NCBI GenBank assembly: GCA_017634675.1
Contig: JAGBMX010000137.1
Span: forward strand, 58,118 to 122,117
Length of the DNA: 64,000 nucleotides
Source: Selenomonadaceae bacterium
GTDB lineage: Bacteria; Bacillota; Negativicutes; Selenomonadales; Selenomonadaceae
Direction: 5' to 3'
Shown one piece after another: positions 54,645 to 64,000 of this stretch (position 1 is its first letter; every line of letters begins with the position of its first letter). The notes beneath the pieces are model-generated. The model was not told the DNA's origin. It did not search any database and was given only the letters and a program-made list of their open reading frames with translations. Position numbers and translations under genes: made by a program.

Positions 54645-55811
54645 TTATTTTATTGCTTGAATAATTTTTTCTTCGATTTCCTTCAAAACGTTTTCGGATG
54701 GTACGTTTATATTACGAATGTTTTCCAAACAAATTTCACAACCGGCAGCTTTTAATTCTTCTTCAACAAGTTTTATGCTTTGTCCGCCCCAACCATAAGA
54801 ACCAAACGCGAACGCTTTGTGATTTTTCGGTTGCAACCCTTTTAGATAGCAAAGGAACGCTGCAACGGTTGGCATCATTTGGTTATTTATTGTAGGGGAG
54901 CCAACGGCCAAATATTTGCTGTCAAAAAGCTCAGTAACAATATCTGACAATTCGTTAGTCTTTAAATCGTAGAAAACGGCAGGTATACCACAAGCTGCAA
55001 ATGCATCGGTTATTGTTTTAGCCATAATCTCGGTAGAGTGCCACATACTGTCGAAAACGATAACCGCTCGGTCTTTAACATCATAACGGCTCCAACTTTC
55101 ATAGCAAGAAAGAATATCATTAATGTGATTTTTCCAGCTTATGCCGTGACCTGTTAATATCATCTCTATATCGTAGCCAGCGAGCGCTTTTAAGGCTGCC
55201 TGAGCTTGTTTCCCGTAAGGCATTAAAATATTTGCAAAATACTTTTTTGCTTCCCACAAAACGAGCGGAAGATCTATTTCGGAATCAAAACGTTCGGTTG
55301 AAGCAAAGTGCTGACCAAATGCGTCGTTGGAAAAGAGAATTTTTTCTTCGGGGCAATAGGTTACCATGCTGTCCGGCCAGTGAAGCATTGGAGTAGTTAC
55401 AAAAGACAAGGTTCTCTTCCCAATATTTATGGTATCGCCAGCCTTAACGGTTTGATAATTAAGATTACCATAATGAGCAGTTAAACCTTTCTGTCCATTT
55501 GGAAAACTGGTTATAATCTTTGCGTCTGGCGCAATTCTCGATATAAAAGGAAGACCGCCGGAATGATCCATCTCAACATGACTAGAGATAATATAATCGA
55601 TTTTTGTAGGATCGATAACAGAAGATATGCGAGATAGCATTTCATCCTCGAAACCGTGTTTTACGGTATCAATGAGAGTGATTTTGTCATCTATTATAAG
55701 ATAAGAATTATAAGTAGCGCCGTGACCCGTTTTATATCCGTGAAAATTTCTAAGAGACCAATCGATAGCGCCGACCCAATAAATATTGTCTTTCATTTTT
55801 ACAGCTTTCAT
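54645..55811 (-). CDS. flavodiiron protein (metallo-beta-lactamase-like + flavodoxin domains)
   Basis: YNSYLIIDDK, SHVEMDHSGG (di-iron ligands) and a C-terminal flavodoxin domain (AVIVFDSMWHSTE). The start is uncertain: 55811, 55796 or 55844. Confidence 0.88.
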   Translation of the reverse strand: MKAVKMKDNIYWVGAIDWSLRNFHGYKTGHGATYNSYLIIDDKITLIDTVKHGFEDEMLSRISSVIDPTKIDYIISSHVEMDHSGGLPFISRIAPDAKIITSFPNGQKGLTAHYGNLNYQTVKAGDTINIGKRTLSFVTTPMLHWPDSMVTYCPEEKILFSNDAFGQHFASTERFDSEIDLPLVLWEAKKYFANILMPYGKQAQAALKALAGYDIEMILTGHGISWKNHINDILSCYESWSRYDVKDRAVIVFDSMWHSTEIMAKTITDAFAACGIPAVFYDLKTNELSDIVTELFDSKYLAVGSPTINNQMMPTVAAFLCYLKGLQPKNHKAFAFGSYGWGGQSIKLVEEELKAAGCEICLENIRNINVPSENVLKEIEEKIIQAIK

Positions 55812-56050
55812 AAAATCCGCCTTTCTAAAAAAATCCTTTAGCAAAAGAAATTATTCTACAAAAAAAAAAAAATTCCTGTAAAAAATTTTCAAAACATGAT
55901 TTTATTAATTCCAAGAAAATATTATGACTTTATCAACCACACTTTTTATAAAAAAATTTAACTTCGTATAATTCCTATTATAGTTAGTTAAATTTCTAAT
56001 AAAAGAATACGCTTTGGAATTACCCAAAGCGTATTCTTTATTATATCCAA

Positions 56051-57400
56051 TTACACAATACCGTGAGCCATCATGACATCCGCAACTTTTTTAAATGCCG
56101 TCATGTTTGCACCTGCAACTAAATCATCGGGGTCTGCGAAAGCTTCCGCGTTTTTCTTTGAAGATTCGTAGATGTTCTTCATTATGTTCTTTAATTTCTC
56201 GTCGACTTCCTCGAAAGTCCACTGCAAACGTTCGGAGTTCTGAGCCATTTCAAGCGCACTTGTCGCAACGCCGCCTGCATTTGCCGCTTTTGCCGGAGCA
56301 AAGAGAACTTTATGGTCTTGGAAATACTTGATTGCATCGAGCGTGGAAGGCATATTTGCACCCTCGCCAACAGCTATAACGCCGTTAGCCACAAGAGCTT
56401 TTGCGCTGTCAAGGTTGATTTCGCTTTGAGTTGCGCAAGGAAGTGCAATGTCACATTTAACCGTCCAAACGCCGGAGCAACCTTCGTGATACTCAGCGTT
56501 CGGATGCTTCTCAACATATTCTTTAATGCGTCCGCGGCGAACCTGCTTGATTTCTTTAACGGTGTCAAGCTTAATCCCGTCGGGATCGTAAACATAACCG
56601 TTTGAATCTGAACAGGTGACGACTTTGCCGCCAAATGTTTGAGCCTTTTCAATAGCATAAGTAGCAACGTTGCCGGAACCTGATACAACAATGGTCTTGC
56701 CATTAATATCAATGTTCTTTGCATCGAGCATATTCTTTACAAAATAAAGCAGACCGTAACCTGTGGCTTCGGTACGCGCCAAACTGCCCCAATAATCCAC
56801 GCCTTTTCCGGTAAGCACGCCCGCATCGTAAGAATCACGGAGGCGTTTATATTGTCCGAAAAGATAGCCGATTTCGCGACCGCCAACGCCAATATCGCCT
56901 GCAGGAATATCAATGTTAGGACCAATATGACGGTAAAGCTCTGTCATAAAGCTCTGGCAGAACTTCATAACTTCGTTGTCAGATTTTCCTTTAGGATCAA
57001 AATCGGAACCACCCTTGCCGCCGCCGATGGGAAGCCCTGTCAAAGCGTTCTTAAATGTCTGCTCGAATGCGAGAAATTTCAAGATGCTTAAATTTACACT
57101 TGGATGAAAACGAAGACCGCCTTTATATGGTCCGATTGCGCTGTTCATCTGGACTCTGAAGCCGCGGTTCACATGAATCTCGCCCTTATCGTCCTGCCAA
57201 GGAACTCTAAACGTAACAATGCGCTCCGCTTCAACCATGCGCTCCAAAATCTTTGCTTCCTTGTACTGAGGATTTTTTTCAAGCACAGGTATAATGGTCG
57301 TCAACACTTCTTTAACAGTGTTCTGGAACTCAACCTCGTTTGGATCCTTCTTTGCAACCAAATCCAAAACCTCATTGACATAAGCTTTCATATCAGCCAT
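56051..57400 (-). CDS. gdhA: NAD(P)-specific glutamate dehydrogenase
   Basis: GPYKGGLRFHP, LPIGGGKGGSDFDP and VSGSGNVA. Confidence 0.95.
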   Translation of the reverse strand: MADMKAYVNEVLDLVAKKDPNEVEFQNTVKEVLTTIIPVLEKNPQYKEAKILERMVEAERIVTFRVPWQDDKGEIHVNRGFRVQMNSAIGPYKGGLRFHPSVNLSILKFLAFEQTFKNALTGLPIGGGKGGSDFDPKGKSDNEVMKFCQSFMTELYRHIGPNIDIPAGDIGVGGREIGYLFGQYKRLRDSYDAGVLTGKGVDYWGSLARTEATGYGLLYFVKNMLDAKNIDINGKTIVVSGSGNVATYAIEKAQTFGGKVVTCSDSNGYVYDPDGIKLDTVKEIKQVRRGRIKEYVEKHPNAEYHEGCSGVWTVKCDIALPCATQSEINLDSAKALVANGVIAVGEGANMPSTLDAIKYFQDHKVLFAPAKAANAGGVATSALEMAQNSERLQWTFEEVDEKLKNIMKNIYESSKKNAEAFADPDDLVAGANMTAFKKVADVMMAHGIV

Positions 57401-57518
57401 ACTTTTCTTCCTTTCCACTCTTGAAACCAATCTCAATTTTTAATTTCTTTTCTCTTTCAGACAGATTTTAAGCAATTTATCTCATTAGAATCTGTTGTAC
57501 CCGTAGGTGTTTTTTTTA

Positions 57519-57571
57519 AAATAAAGAGAAAGAAATCAACAAAGAAAAGAGAAAGAAAAATTTTTAATAAT
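57519..57571 (-). repeat. family R repeat, copy 5 (half element)
   Basis: The reverse complement ATTATTAAAAATTTTTCTTTCTCTTTTCTTTGTTGATTTC... matches the outer arm of copy 1. Confidence 0.6.
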
Positions 57572-57736
57572 TTTTCGAGATTTGCATCAATATCTTTAAC
57601 ACAGGCATTATATAACAGGCATTTTTCTCTTGCAATATTTTGATTATATGTATTTTTGTATACATCGTTGTTGATCTTGAACAGGAATTTTGACGGTTAA
57701 ATATTCAGTTTTCACTTATTCAACTATCTCTGAATT

Positions 57737-57973
57737 TTAAACATCTCCATCAACGCCTCTGCGTTTCAATAAATCCCTTATAGCTTCCACGCTCGTAAAG
57801 TTTTGCGGTGTTAAATCCGTCCCCGCAAACTCTACATTATATTCTTCTTCCAATCTCGCAAAGAGATCCTGCATATCCATGGAATCTATAAGCCCATCGC
57901 TTACAAAATCTTCGCTTTCCTCATAATTATTCTTAGGATTAAGTTCCTTTAGTATTTCTATTATCTTCTTCAT
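57737..57973 (-). CDS. small acyl/peptidyl-carrier-like protein
   Basis: 78 aa with GLIDSMDMQDLF, a DSx carrier-protein serine context. Confidence 0.6.
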   Translation of the reverse strand: MKKIIEILKELNPKNNYEESEDFVSDGLIDSMDMQDLFARLEEEYNVEFAGTDLTPQNFTSVEAIRDLLKRRGVDGDV

Positions 57974-57994
57974 GATTTCTCCTATTGAGGAATA

Positions 57995-59233
57995 TTATGC
58001 TGTTGCTTTCTTCAAAGCTTTATTTATCTTTTCCGCCATACCTTTGATTTTTGCAATGGGTACGGAGCAAACTGCAACTCTTACGCCCAACTTCAACGGC
58101 ACGGCATAAATCAAATCCTCATGCAAAATATCGCAAACTTTCCCCGGATCATTTGCGGGTACCGACAAGAAGAATCCACCGGTATAAGGAAGCGCAGCAA
58201 GCCCCGCCTCTTTTGCCTCTTTCATAAAAAGATCGCCTCTTGCCTGAATTAAGGCGTGAGCTTCTTCCCTGTCCTTTTCAAATGCGGCAAAAACTTCTTT
58301 ATCATTTTGTATGCGAAGCAAAAGTTCCATAGCTCCGCGATTTATATTGCTCCAAGCGGCTCTGCTTGAATACTTCATTACATCGTTAAATTCGTCGATA
58401 ACGCTTTTGCTGGAACTTGCCGCAACCAACGCTCCTGTGCGCTGACCATAGAACGTATACCCTTTAGACATACTGAAAGAAAACAGCGCCAAGATATTTT
58501 CCGGTAAGTCTCCGAATTTTTTCATAAATCTACGCACTGCGTTCTTTTCTCCAGCATAATCAATATAAGCTATATCCACAAGTATAGTAACTTTTTTTCC
58601 GTTTTTGGCGTAGGTTTTAAACAAGTCTATAATTTTGTCCCAATCGGCTTCCGTCAATTGGAAACCGGTGGGATTATGCGCCGGTGTATTTAATATTACC
58701 AAAAGCGACTCTTGTGTTATATATATATCCTCAACCTTACCTTTAAACGAATCAAAGTTAAAATTTCTGTTCTCGTCAAACAGCGTGAAATTCTCCAGAT
58801 TTGCTCCGTGTTCACGACAAATCACATTATATGTGCCCCAGTACCAATCAGAAGTAAGAACCTTCTCGCCTATTTCGGAATAATTCATTATGGCATGATG
58901 AATTGCGCCCGTACCACCCGCCGTTGCTACCGCAGAAGTATAGGCGTTCGGCTTTTGTTCGAGAAAAGTCAATTCCTGAACAGCGTTAAGGTACTCGGGA
59001 ATTCCCGATATAGGCGCGTAAGCCGCTATCTTTTCAATGGGCATTTCCTTATATACCTTTTCCATTGTAGGTAAAGTTATAAGTTTTTCATTATCATCCA
59101 GCATAACGCCAATCGTAGCGTTGGTAACTTTATCTGCTCCAAACTTCTCCGCAGCTTCCTTGCAAGCCGCCGCCGCCCCAAATATCACATCGTTTAATTT
59201 TTTTCCCGCTGATTGCGTAGCCGCCATACTCAT
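57995..59233 (-). CDS. class I (AspC/TyrB-like) aminotransferase
   Basis: NPTG, and FSFSMSKGYTFYGQRTGAL (SxSK PLP lysine with YGxRxG). The start was chosen at the ATG 6 nt after GAGGTG. Confidence 0.8.
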   Translation of the reverse strand: MSMAATQSAGKKLNDVIFGAAAACKEAAEKFGADKVTNATIGVMLDDNEKLITLPTMEKVYKEMPIEKIAAYAPISGIPEYLNAVQELTFLEQKPNAYTSAVATAGGTGAIHHAIMNYSEIGEKVLTSDWYWGTYNVICREHGANLENFTLFDENRNFNFDSFKGKVEDIYITQESLLVILNTPAHNPTGFQLTEADWDKIIDLFKTYAKNGKKVTILVDIAYIDYAGEKNAVRRFMKKFGDLPENILALFSFSMSKGYTFYGQRTGALVAASSSKSVIDEFNDVMKYSSRAAWSNINRGAMELLLRIQNDKEVFAAFEKDREEAHALIQARGDLFMKEAKEAGLAALPYTGGFFLSVPANDPGKVCDILHEDLIYAVPLKLGVRVAVCSVPIAKIKGMAEKINKALKKATA

Positions 59234-59323
59234 TTCCAGCACCTCATATATCTTTCAATTTGATTCTTTACTTTCTTTTGTTTTTCAGTATTCTCTTTAA
59301 AGAAAGAGAATACCGAAAGCAAC

Positions 59324-60553
59324 TTACCTATTAGGGAAAAACTCATCGTGGATAGCATTGACCGCCTCTTTGACGTGACCGCCCTTGATTAAGCAAGAGA
59401 GACTGATTTCTGACGTGCTGATAATCTCGATGTTGACGCCGGCTTTAGCAAGAGCTCCGAACATTCTGGCGGCAATTCCCGGATTACCCAACATACCTGC
59501 GCCTACGATGGAAATTTTTGTTACGTTTTCCTCTATCAAAACCTTGGAGGCGTTTAATTCTTTTGCAACTGTTTCCATAACCTCTTTAGCTTTGGTTAAA
59601 TCGTCATTTGAAACGGTGAAAACCATGTCGGTGATGTTTTTCTCGATATTACGCATACTTTGAACAATCATGTCAACGTCAACGTTAGCTTTAGCAAGGG
59701 CGTCGAAAATTTTGTGAGCTATGCCCGGCGTATCGGATATACCTAAGACAGCGATTTTAGTGACATTTTCATCATGAGCAACGCCTCTTATAACAAAACT
59801 TTTTTCTTCCATTGAATAATCCCCCTGAATAATAGTTCCCGAAGCCTTAGTAAATGTAGAGCGCACATGAATGGGGATTTTAAAAATCTCGCCCATCTCA
59901 ACGGAACGAGGCTGCATGACTCCCGCGCCAAGACGCGCCATTTCAAGCATCTCGCTGTATGTAATTTCTTTAATCTTTCTGGCGGACGGTACTATTCTCG
60001 GATCTGCCGAATACACGCCTTCAACGTCCGTGTATATTTCGCAAGAATCTGCCCCTAAAGCGCCGGCAAGGGCAACGGCAGAAGTGTCCGAGCCACCGCG
60101 GCCTAATGTCACTGGATCGCCTAAGCTGTTGGAGCCTTGAAAGCCCGCCACTACTACGATATTTCCCTTGTTAAGTTCTTCATGTACTCGTTCGGGAGTA
60201 ATGTCTAAAATGCGTCCTTTTGTATACGCCGAATCGGTTTGAAGACCAACCATAGGTCCTGTGAGTGACACTGCAGGATGTCCCAATGTTTGAAACGCCA
60301 TGGATAAAAGCGCAATGGATACCTGTTCGCCCGTTGTAAGAAGCATATCCATCTCACGTGGAAATTTATACGGTTCGCCATTTATGCCTTTAGCAAGGCT
60401 TATAAGTTCGTCTGTAGTATCTCCCATAGCGGACACTACCATAACTATTTTGTCATCGTCTTTCTTTTCTTCCAAGATTCTCTTAGCCACAGACATCATT
60501 TTTTCCGTAGTCGCAACAGAACTTCCGCCAAATTTTTTTACGATAAGAGCCAT
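59324..60553 (-). CDS. aspartate kinase (two C-terminal ACT domains)
   Basis: IVKKFGGSSV, VVSAMGDTTD and GRGGSDTSA. Confidence 0.93.
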   Translation of the reverse strand: MALIVKKFGGSSVATTEKMMSVAKRILEEKKDDDKIVMVVSAMGDTTDELISLAKGINGEPYKFPREMDMLLTTGEQVSIALLSMAFQTLGHPAVSLTGPMVGLQTDSAYTKGRILDITPERVHEELNKGNIVVVAGFQGSNSLGDPVTLGRGGSDTSAVALAGALGADSCEIYTDVEGVYSADPRIVPSARKIKEITYSEMLEMARLGAGVMQPRSVEMGEIFKIPIHVRSTFTKASGTIIQGDYSMEEKSFVIRGVAHDENVTKIAVLGISDTPGIAHKIFDALAKANVDVDMIVQSMRNIEKNITDMVFTVSNDDLTKAKEVMETVAKELNASKVLIEENVTKISIVGAGMLGNPGIAARMFGALAKAGVNIEIISTSEISLSCLIKGGHVKEAVNAIHDEFFPNR

Positions 60554-60779
60554 GCGCATCCTTCCTCGCTATAGAAAATTAAAAACTAGATGTGATTATA
60601 ACCTAAATTTAACGCTTAGTCTATATAAATTGTAATGAATACATGAATTTTTCTCATCTATTCTTAATAGAGGAATTAGCGTGTTTATGTAGAATATAAT
60701 TGGTATACAGTAATTTGAAATTCAGAAGGAACGCTCTTGGTGGAAATTTGATCAAAATTTCGAACAGGGAGGGATTATC

Positions 60780-62414
60780 GTGGGAATTCGCGGTCGGCTC
60801 TTAAGCCTTTCGGTTATCGCTGCCGTTACAATATTAATTATTGCAACTATGGGTTACTATCAAGCTTCAGTCGTAGTAAAAGAAAGCGCTGAGGAAAAAC
60901 TTTTGGCAAAGGTTGGAAAAGCGTCTTCAGGTTTTGAGACATGGCTTTTGCAGAAACAGCGAATAGCGATAGATACAGCTCATTTCATGGAAGATTTAGA
61001 CGATAATTTAAAAGGCGATCGCAAATTTTTAAATGTATACCGAGGAGACGAAACAGTTTTAAATATTGCTTACGCTGATGAAACAGGTCGATTTACTTCG
61101 TATGTTCGAAAAGATTTTCAGAATGTGGACGTGCATACGAGAGATTGGTATATTAATTTAATGAAAGAAAAGCAGCCTACTTTTACGAATCCGTATGAAT
61201 CGCTTTCAATCGGTAATGTGGTAATATCCGCAACGGCGCCGATTTTTAAAAACGGCAAATTTTACGGCGGTATCTGTGTTAATATCGGCATTGGCTCGCT
61301 TTTGGCGCAAGTTGGAGCAATGAATTACGAAGGAAGCGGAGAAGGATTTTTGTTTGATGAACAGGGACATTTAATCGCCACCTTCGCCGCTACCGCAGGA
61401 AAATCCATAAGTGAAATATCTGCGTTGGCTCACCATGAAACAGAAATTATGACGGGAGGATCTATAGGCTTGTCATCTATTCAGGATGGCAATGTGGTAA
61501 GTTACGCAAGAGTGCCGTCAACTGGTTGGATATTGGCTTTTGCTGTGCCGGAGCAAGTCGTATATGCTCCATTAAGCAGAATCCGCACTACTTATATTGT
61601 ATTGACTATTTTAGGGATTATTGCCATTATTGCCATGTTTAAATTTTGCATGACATTCGCTAATGATATTGTTACAAGTGTTCGCGCCGTAGAAAAACGA
61701 GCGGTTGAGATTGCGAAAGGAAACCTTGCTTTTAGGGATTTGCCCGTAAAAACTAATGACGAAATAGGAGAGCTTACAAAGTCGTTTAATACGATGCAAC
61801 GCGATTTGAAAAAGCTCGTTGGAACTACCAAAGAAGCGGCTGATGGAGTTTTATCATCCTCTAAGAATTTATTGCAATACGTTGAGATGAACGCCGAATC
61901 CACAAGAGAAATTGCAAGACTTGCAAGTCTCGTATCGAAAAGCATGACAAGACAAATGGAAGACGTTATGAAAACGGCCGGTCATGTGGACGCAGCCTTC
62001 TCCGATATGGACGAATTAGCTAAAAATGCGGAACTGTTGGAAAAAAACATAAGCGCCGCTTCAACAAACGCTTCTTTTGTATTTGAAGATGTTAAGACCA
62101 TACTGGCGAACGATGAAAATGAAAAAGCCCTTGCAAAATGTTTCGAATCTCTTTTCGAAACATTCGAAGGGCTTGCAAGAGATGCCGGTGAACTTACTGC
62201 CATTGTAAGAGCCGTGGAAGAAAGAACCGGATATATAATAGACAATGTAAACTCCATGGACACCGTGAGCAGAGAAACTGCCAAAAGCGCAGAGACAATA
62301 GAAACTGCAATCGAAGCGCAAGAAGCGGCGGTGCTTGACATTGTGGCAAGCGCCGAAGCTATGGATAACCTTGCAAAGAGTCTTGAAGAAAACGCCAAAA
62401 GATTTAAGTTGTAA
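60780..62414 (+). CDS. dCache-HAMP membrane sensor, MCP-like but without a recognisable signalling-tip motif
   Basis: Two TM helices flank a Cache-like periplasmic region, followed by HAMP (DEIGELTKSFNTMQRDL). The C-terminal 200-aa coiled-coil-like region lacks the LLALNAxIEAARAGE/GFAVVA core. GTG start. Confidence 0.7.
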   Translation: MGIRGRLLSLSVIAAVTILIIATMGYYQASVVVKESAEEKLLAKVGKASSGFETWLLQKQRIAIDTAHFMEDLDDNLKGDRKFLNVYRGDETVLNIAYADETGRFTSYVRKDFQNVDVHTRDWYINLMKEKQPTFTNPYESLSIGNVVISATAPIFKNGKFYGGICVNIGIGSLLAQVGAMNYEGSGEGFLFDEQGHLIATFAATAGKSISEISALAHHETEIMTGGSIGLSSIQDGNVVSYARVPSTGWILAFAVPEQVVYAPLSRIRTTYIVLTILGIIAIIAMFKFCMTFANDIVTSVRAVEKRAVEIAKGNLAFRDLPVKTNDEIGELTKSFNTMQRDLKKLVGTTKEAADGVLSSSKNLLQYVEMNAESTREIARLASLVSKSMTRQMEDVMKTAGHVDAAFSDMDELAKNAELLEKNISAASTNASFVFEDVKTILANDENEKALAKCFESLFETFEGLARDAGELTAIVRAVEERTGYIIDNVNSMDTVSRETAKSAETIETAIEAQEAAVLDIVASAEAMDNLAKSLEENAKRFKL

Positions 62415-62446
62415 AAAAACCGCCGCTGAATTGCGACGGTTTTTCT
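62415..62446. terminator. bidirectional terminator between the sensor gene and glyS
   Basis: AAAAAAACCGCCGC-TGAATT-GCGACGGTTTTT. Confidence 0.7.
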
Positions 62447-62447
62447 T

Positions 62448-64000
62448 TTACGCCAACACTATCTTATCAAAAGCCGCGACCTCTTTTATCATATCGTCGA
62501 TGCCTTTTAACAGCGCCAGCCTGTTTTCCTTTATCTTTTTATCTTTATCCATAACCATGACCGCATCGAAAAATTCGTTTATCGGCCCGGTAAGTTCCGT
62601 AAACGCATGGAGCGCTTTTTCGTAATCTCCCGCGGCAATTCCCGCTTTAGCGTCCGTTTTTACCTTTTTGTACGCATTGTATAAATTGCCTTCGGAAGTT
62701 TCTTTAAACAATCCTTCGTCAACATTGTCGCTCGTCGCGTTTTTGGCGAGGTTGCCCACTCGGTTAAACGCCTGTATTGCGTTCTTTGACTCGGAAGTTT
62801 TTACAAATTCGCCTACAGCTTCGGCGCGAAGCAACGCGGCATACGGATCGTCTACGTTTTCAAGCACGGCATCCATAACGTCGTAACGAATCCCTTTTTC
62901 AGTAAACAAATTCTTTAACCTAAGCCGCATAAAATCAGCGACATTTTGCTGCATCGCCTCTACTTCGCTCTTTTTATAAAGTTCCATCGCCTTTGCAACC
63001 AGCGCATTAAGCGAAAGGTGAAGTTTCGCTTCCGTCAAGATTCCTACAAAACCCAAAGCCTGCCTACGAAGCGCAAACGGATCCTGCGAGCCTGTCGGAA
63101 TCTTGCCGCGGCTAAACGTACCCACGATGTTGTCGATTTTATCCGCAAGGCTTAGTATTTTGCCCGCATCCGTTTTGGGAAGTTCATCTCCCGCAAAACG
63201 AGGCATATACTGTTCGTCTATCGCCGTGGCTACCCCTTCGCATCTGCCTTCTAAGAGAGCGTATTCGCGCCCCATAACGCCTTGGAGTTCCGTAAACTCC
63301 GTAACCATTCCCGTCACCAAGTCCGCCTTCGATATGAGAGCGGCTTTTTCTGCGTGTTTACGGGTTTTTTCGTCGGAATTAAAAGCGTCGCATAAGAACT
63401 TCGAGAGTTCATGAAGTCGCTCTGTCTTTTCATAGACAGAACCCAAACCCTCTTGGAAAACCACCGTCTTCAAGCGTTCCCGATGTTCTTCCAAGGTCTT
63501 TTTCCTATCCTCTTCAAAGAAGAATTTAGCGTCCTCAAGCCTTGCTTTCAAAACTCTTTCGTTACCGTGCGCCACGGTATCCAAATGCTCTTTCCCGCCG
63601 TTTCTCACGGTTAAAAACAGGGGCATGAGCTTCCCGTTTGAATCTCTCACGGGGAAATATCTCTGATGATCCCGCATGGGCGTAATAACGGCGGCTTCCG
63701 GCAAAGACAAGTACGCTTCTTCAAAGCTTCCCGCAAGAGGCGTGGGGTATTCCACCAAGTACAATACTTCCTCAAGCAAATCTTCCGTTATCTCCGCAAC
63801 TCCACCTTTTTCCTCAGCGACAGACTTTAATCCTTCAACTATTTTCTCCCTGCGTTTTTCGGGGTCTACAATCACAAAAGCCTTTTCGCAATCCGCTTCG
63901 TAATCGCCTGCAGAAGCTATGCTAAATTCGCCGCCGTATAACGCTCTGTGTCCCCTTGATTTACGATCGCTCTTGACGTTCGCTATCTCAAAAGGTATTA
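62448..64000 (-). CDS. glyS: glycine--tRNA ligase beta subunit; N-terminal part lies beyond the window end
   Basis: IVDPEKRREKI..., FPVRD..., PTGSQDPFALRR. The frame stays open upstream of 63875 to the window edge. Confidence 0.9.
   Translation of the reverse strand, partial: IPFEIANVKSDRKSRGHRALYGGEFSIASAGDYEADCEKAFVIVDPEKRREKIVEGLKSVAEEKGGVAEITEDLLEEVLYLVEYPTPLAGSFEEAYLSLPEAAVITPMRDHQRYFPVRDSNGKLMPLFLTVRNGGKEHLDTVAHGNERVLKARLEDAKFFFEEDRKKTLEEHRERLKTVVFQEGLGSVYEKTERLHELSKFLCDAFNSDEKTRKHAEKAALISKADLVTGMVTEFTELQGVMGREYALLEGRCEGVATAIDEQYMPRFAGDELPKTDAGKILSLADKIDNIVGTFSRGKIPTGSQDPFALRRQALGFVGILTEAKLHLSLNALVAKAMELYKKSEVEAMQQNVADFMRLRLKNLFTEKGIRYDVMDAVLENVDDPYAALLRAEAVGEFVKTSESKNAIQAFNRVGNLAKNATSDNVDEGLFKETSEGNLYNAYKKVKTDAKAGIAAGDYEKALHAFTELTGPINEFFDAVMVMDKDKKIKENRLALLKGIDDMIKEVAAFDKIVLA

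Noticed and set aside
31397-57571. Whether the CT/GA repeats or other repeats form a CRISPR array.
   Set aside because: The copies are dispersed kilobases apart, there is no regular repeat-spacer periodicity, and there are no cas genes in the window.
60554-60779. A possible lysine riboswitch (L-box) upstream of aspartokinase.
   Set aside because: This is an AT-rich leader without recognisable L-box conserved helices by eye. It remains unconfirmed without a covariance-model search.

Overview
This is a 64 kb chromosomal window from a low-to-mid-GC anaerobe. Gene content suggests a diderm Firmicute such as a Negativicute, but taxonomy cannot be established from this window. All product calls come from my own reading of motifs in the supplied translations; no database search was run.

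The right half (about 27.6-64 kb) is mostly ordinary housekeeping: rpsO-pnp, tgt-yajC-secD-secF, two tandem ArnT-like GT39 genes, rlmD, trmL, murB, cbiL, corA, tadA and an OadA/5S-type carboxyltransferase. It also holds a TetR-controlled flavoprotein/redox cluster, hemL-hemB-cobA/hemD, a flavodiiron protein, gdhA, an aminotransferase with a carrier protein, aspartokinase, a dCache-HAMP sensor and glyS.

The left half is accessory and holds the interesting material.

(1) At 3-14.6 kb there is a surface-modification-like locus: two methyltransferases, FkbH-like loader, ACP, GNAT-VOC fusion, and further on a radical SAM/SPASM enzyme and a large SGNH-like/CitC-like protein. It carries five poly-G tracts of 7-9 nt. 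Two of them currently frameshift the methyltransferase genes, which is a contingency-locus signature.

(2) At 15.1-21.7 kb lies what I consider the best candidate for an undescribed system. Nine paralogous genes each encode a double-glycine (ELEQVAGG-type) leader fused to an unusually large, hydrophilic cargo domain of about 85-100 aa. They are arranged as cassettes behind a repeated ECF-type promoter (TGTAAC-N16-CGTATAAAG), with an ECF-like sigma factor and a small leader-like ORF encoded inside the array. No C39-peptidase ABC exporter or immunity gene is visible in the window.

(3) At least four families of small structured intergenic repeats (MITE/REP-like) are present. One is inserted in a promoter, one in a terminator, two flank the peptide array, and a separate 32-bp inverted-repeat pair brackets a whole phosphatase gene.

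(4) There is a partner-switching-like operon: a 5'-truncated PP2C sensor followed by a frameshifted STAS-APH kinase fusion.
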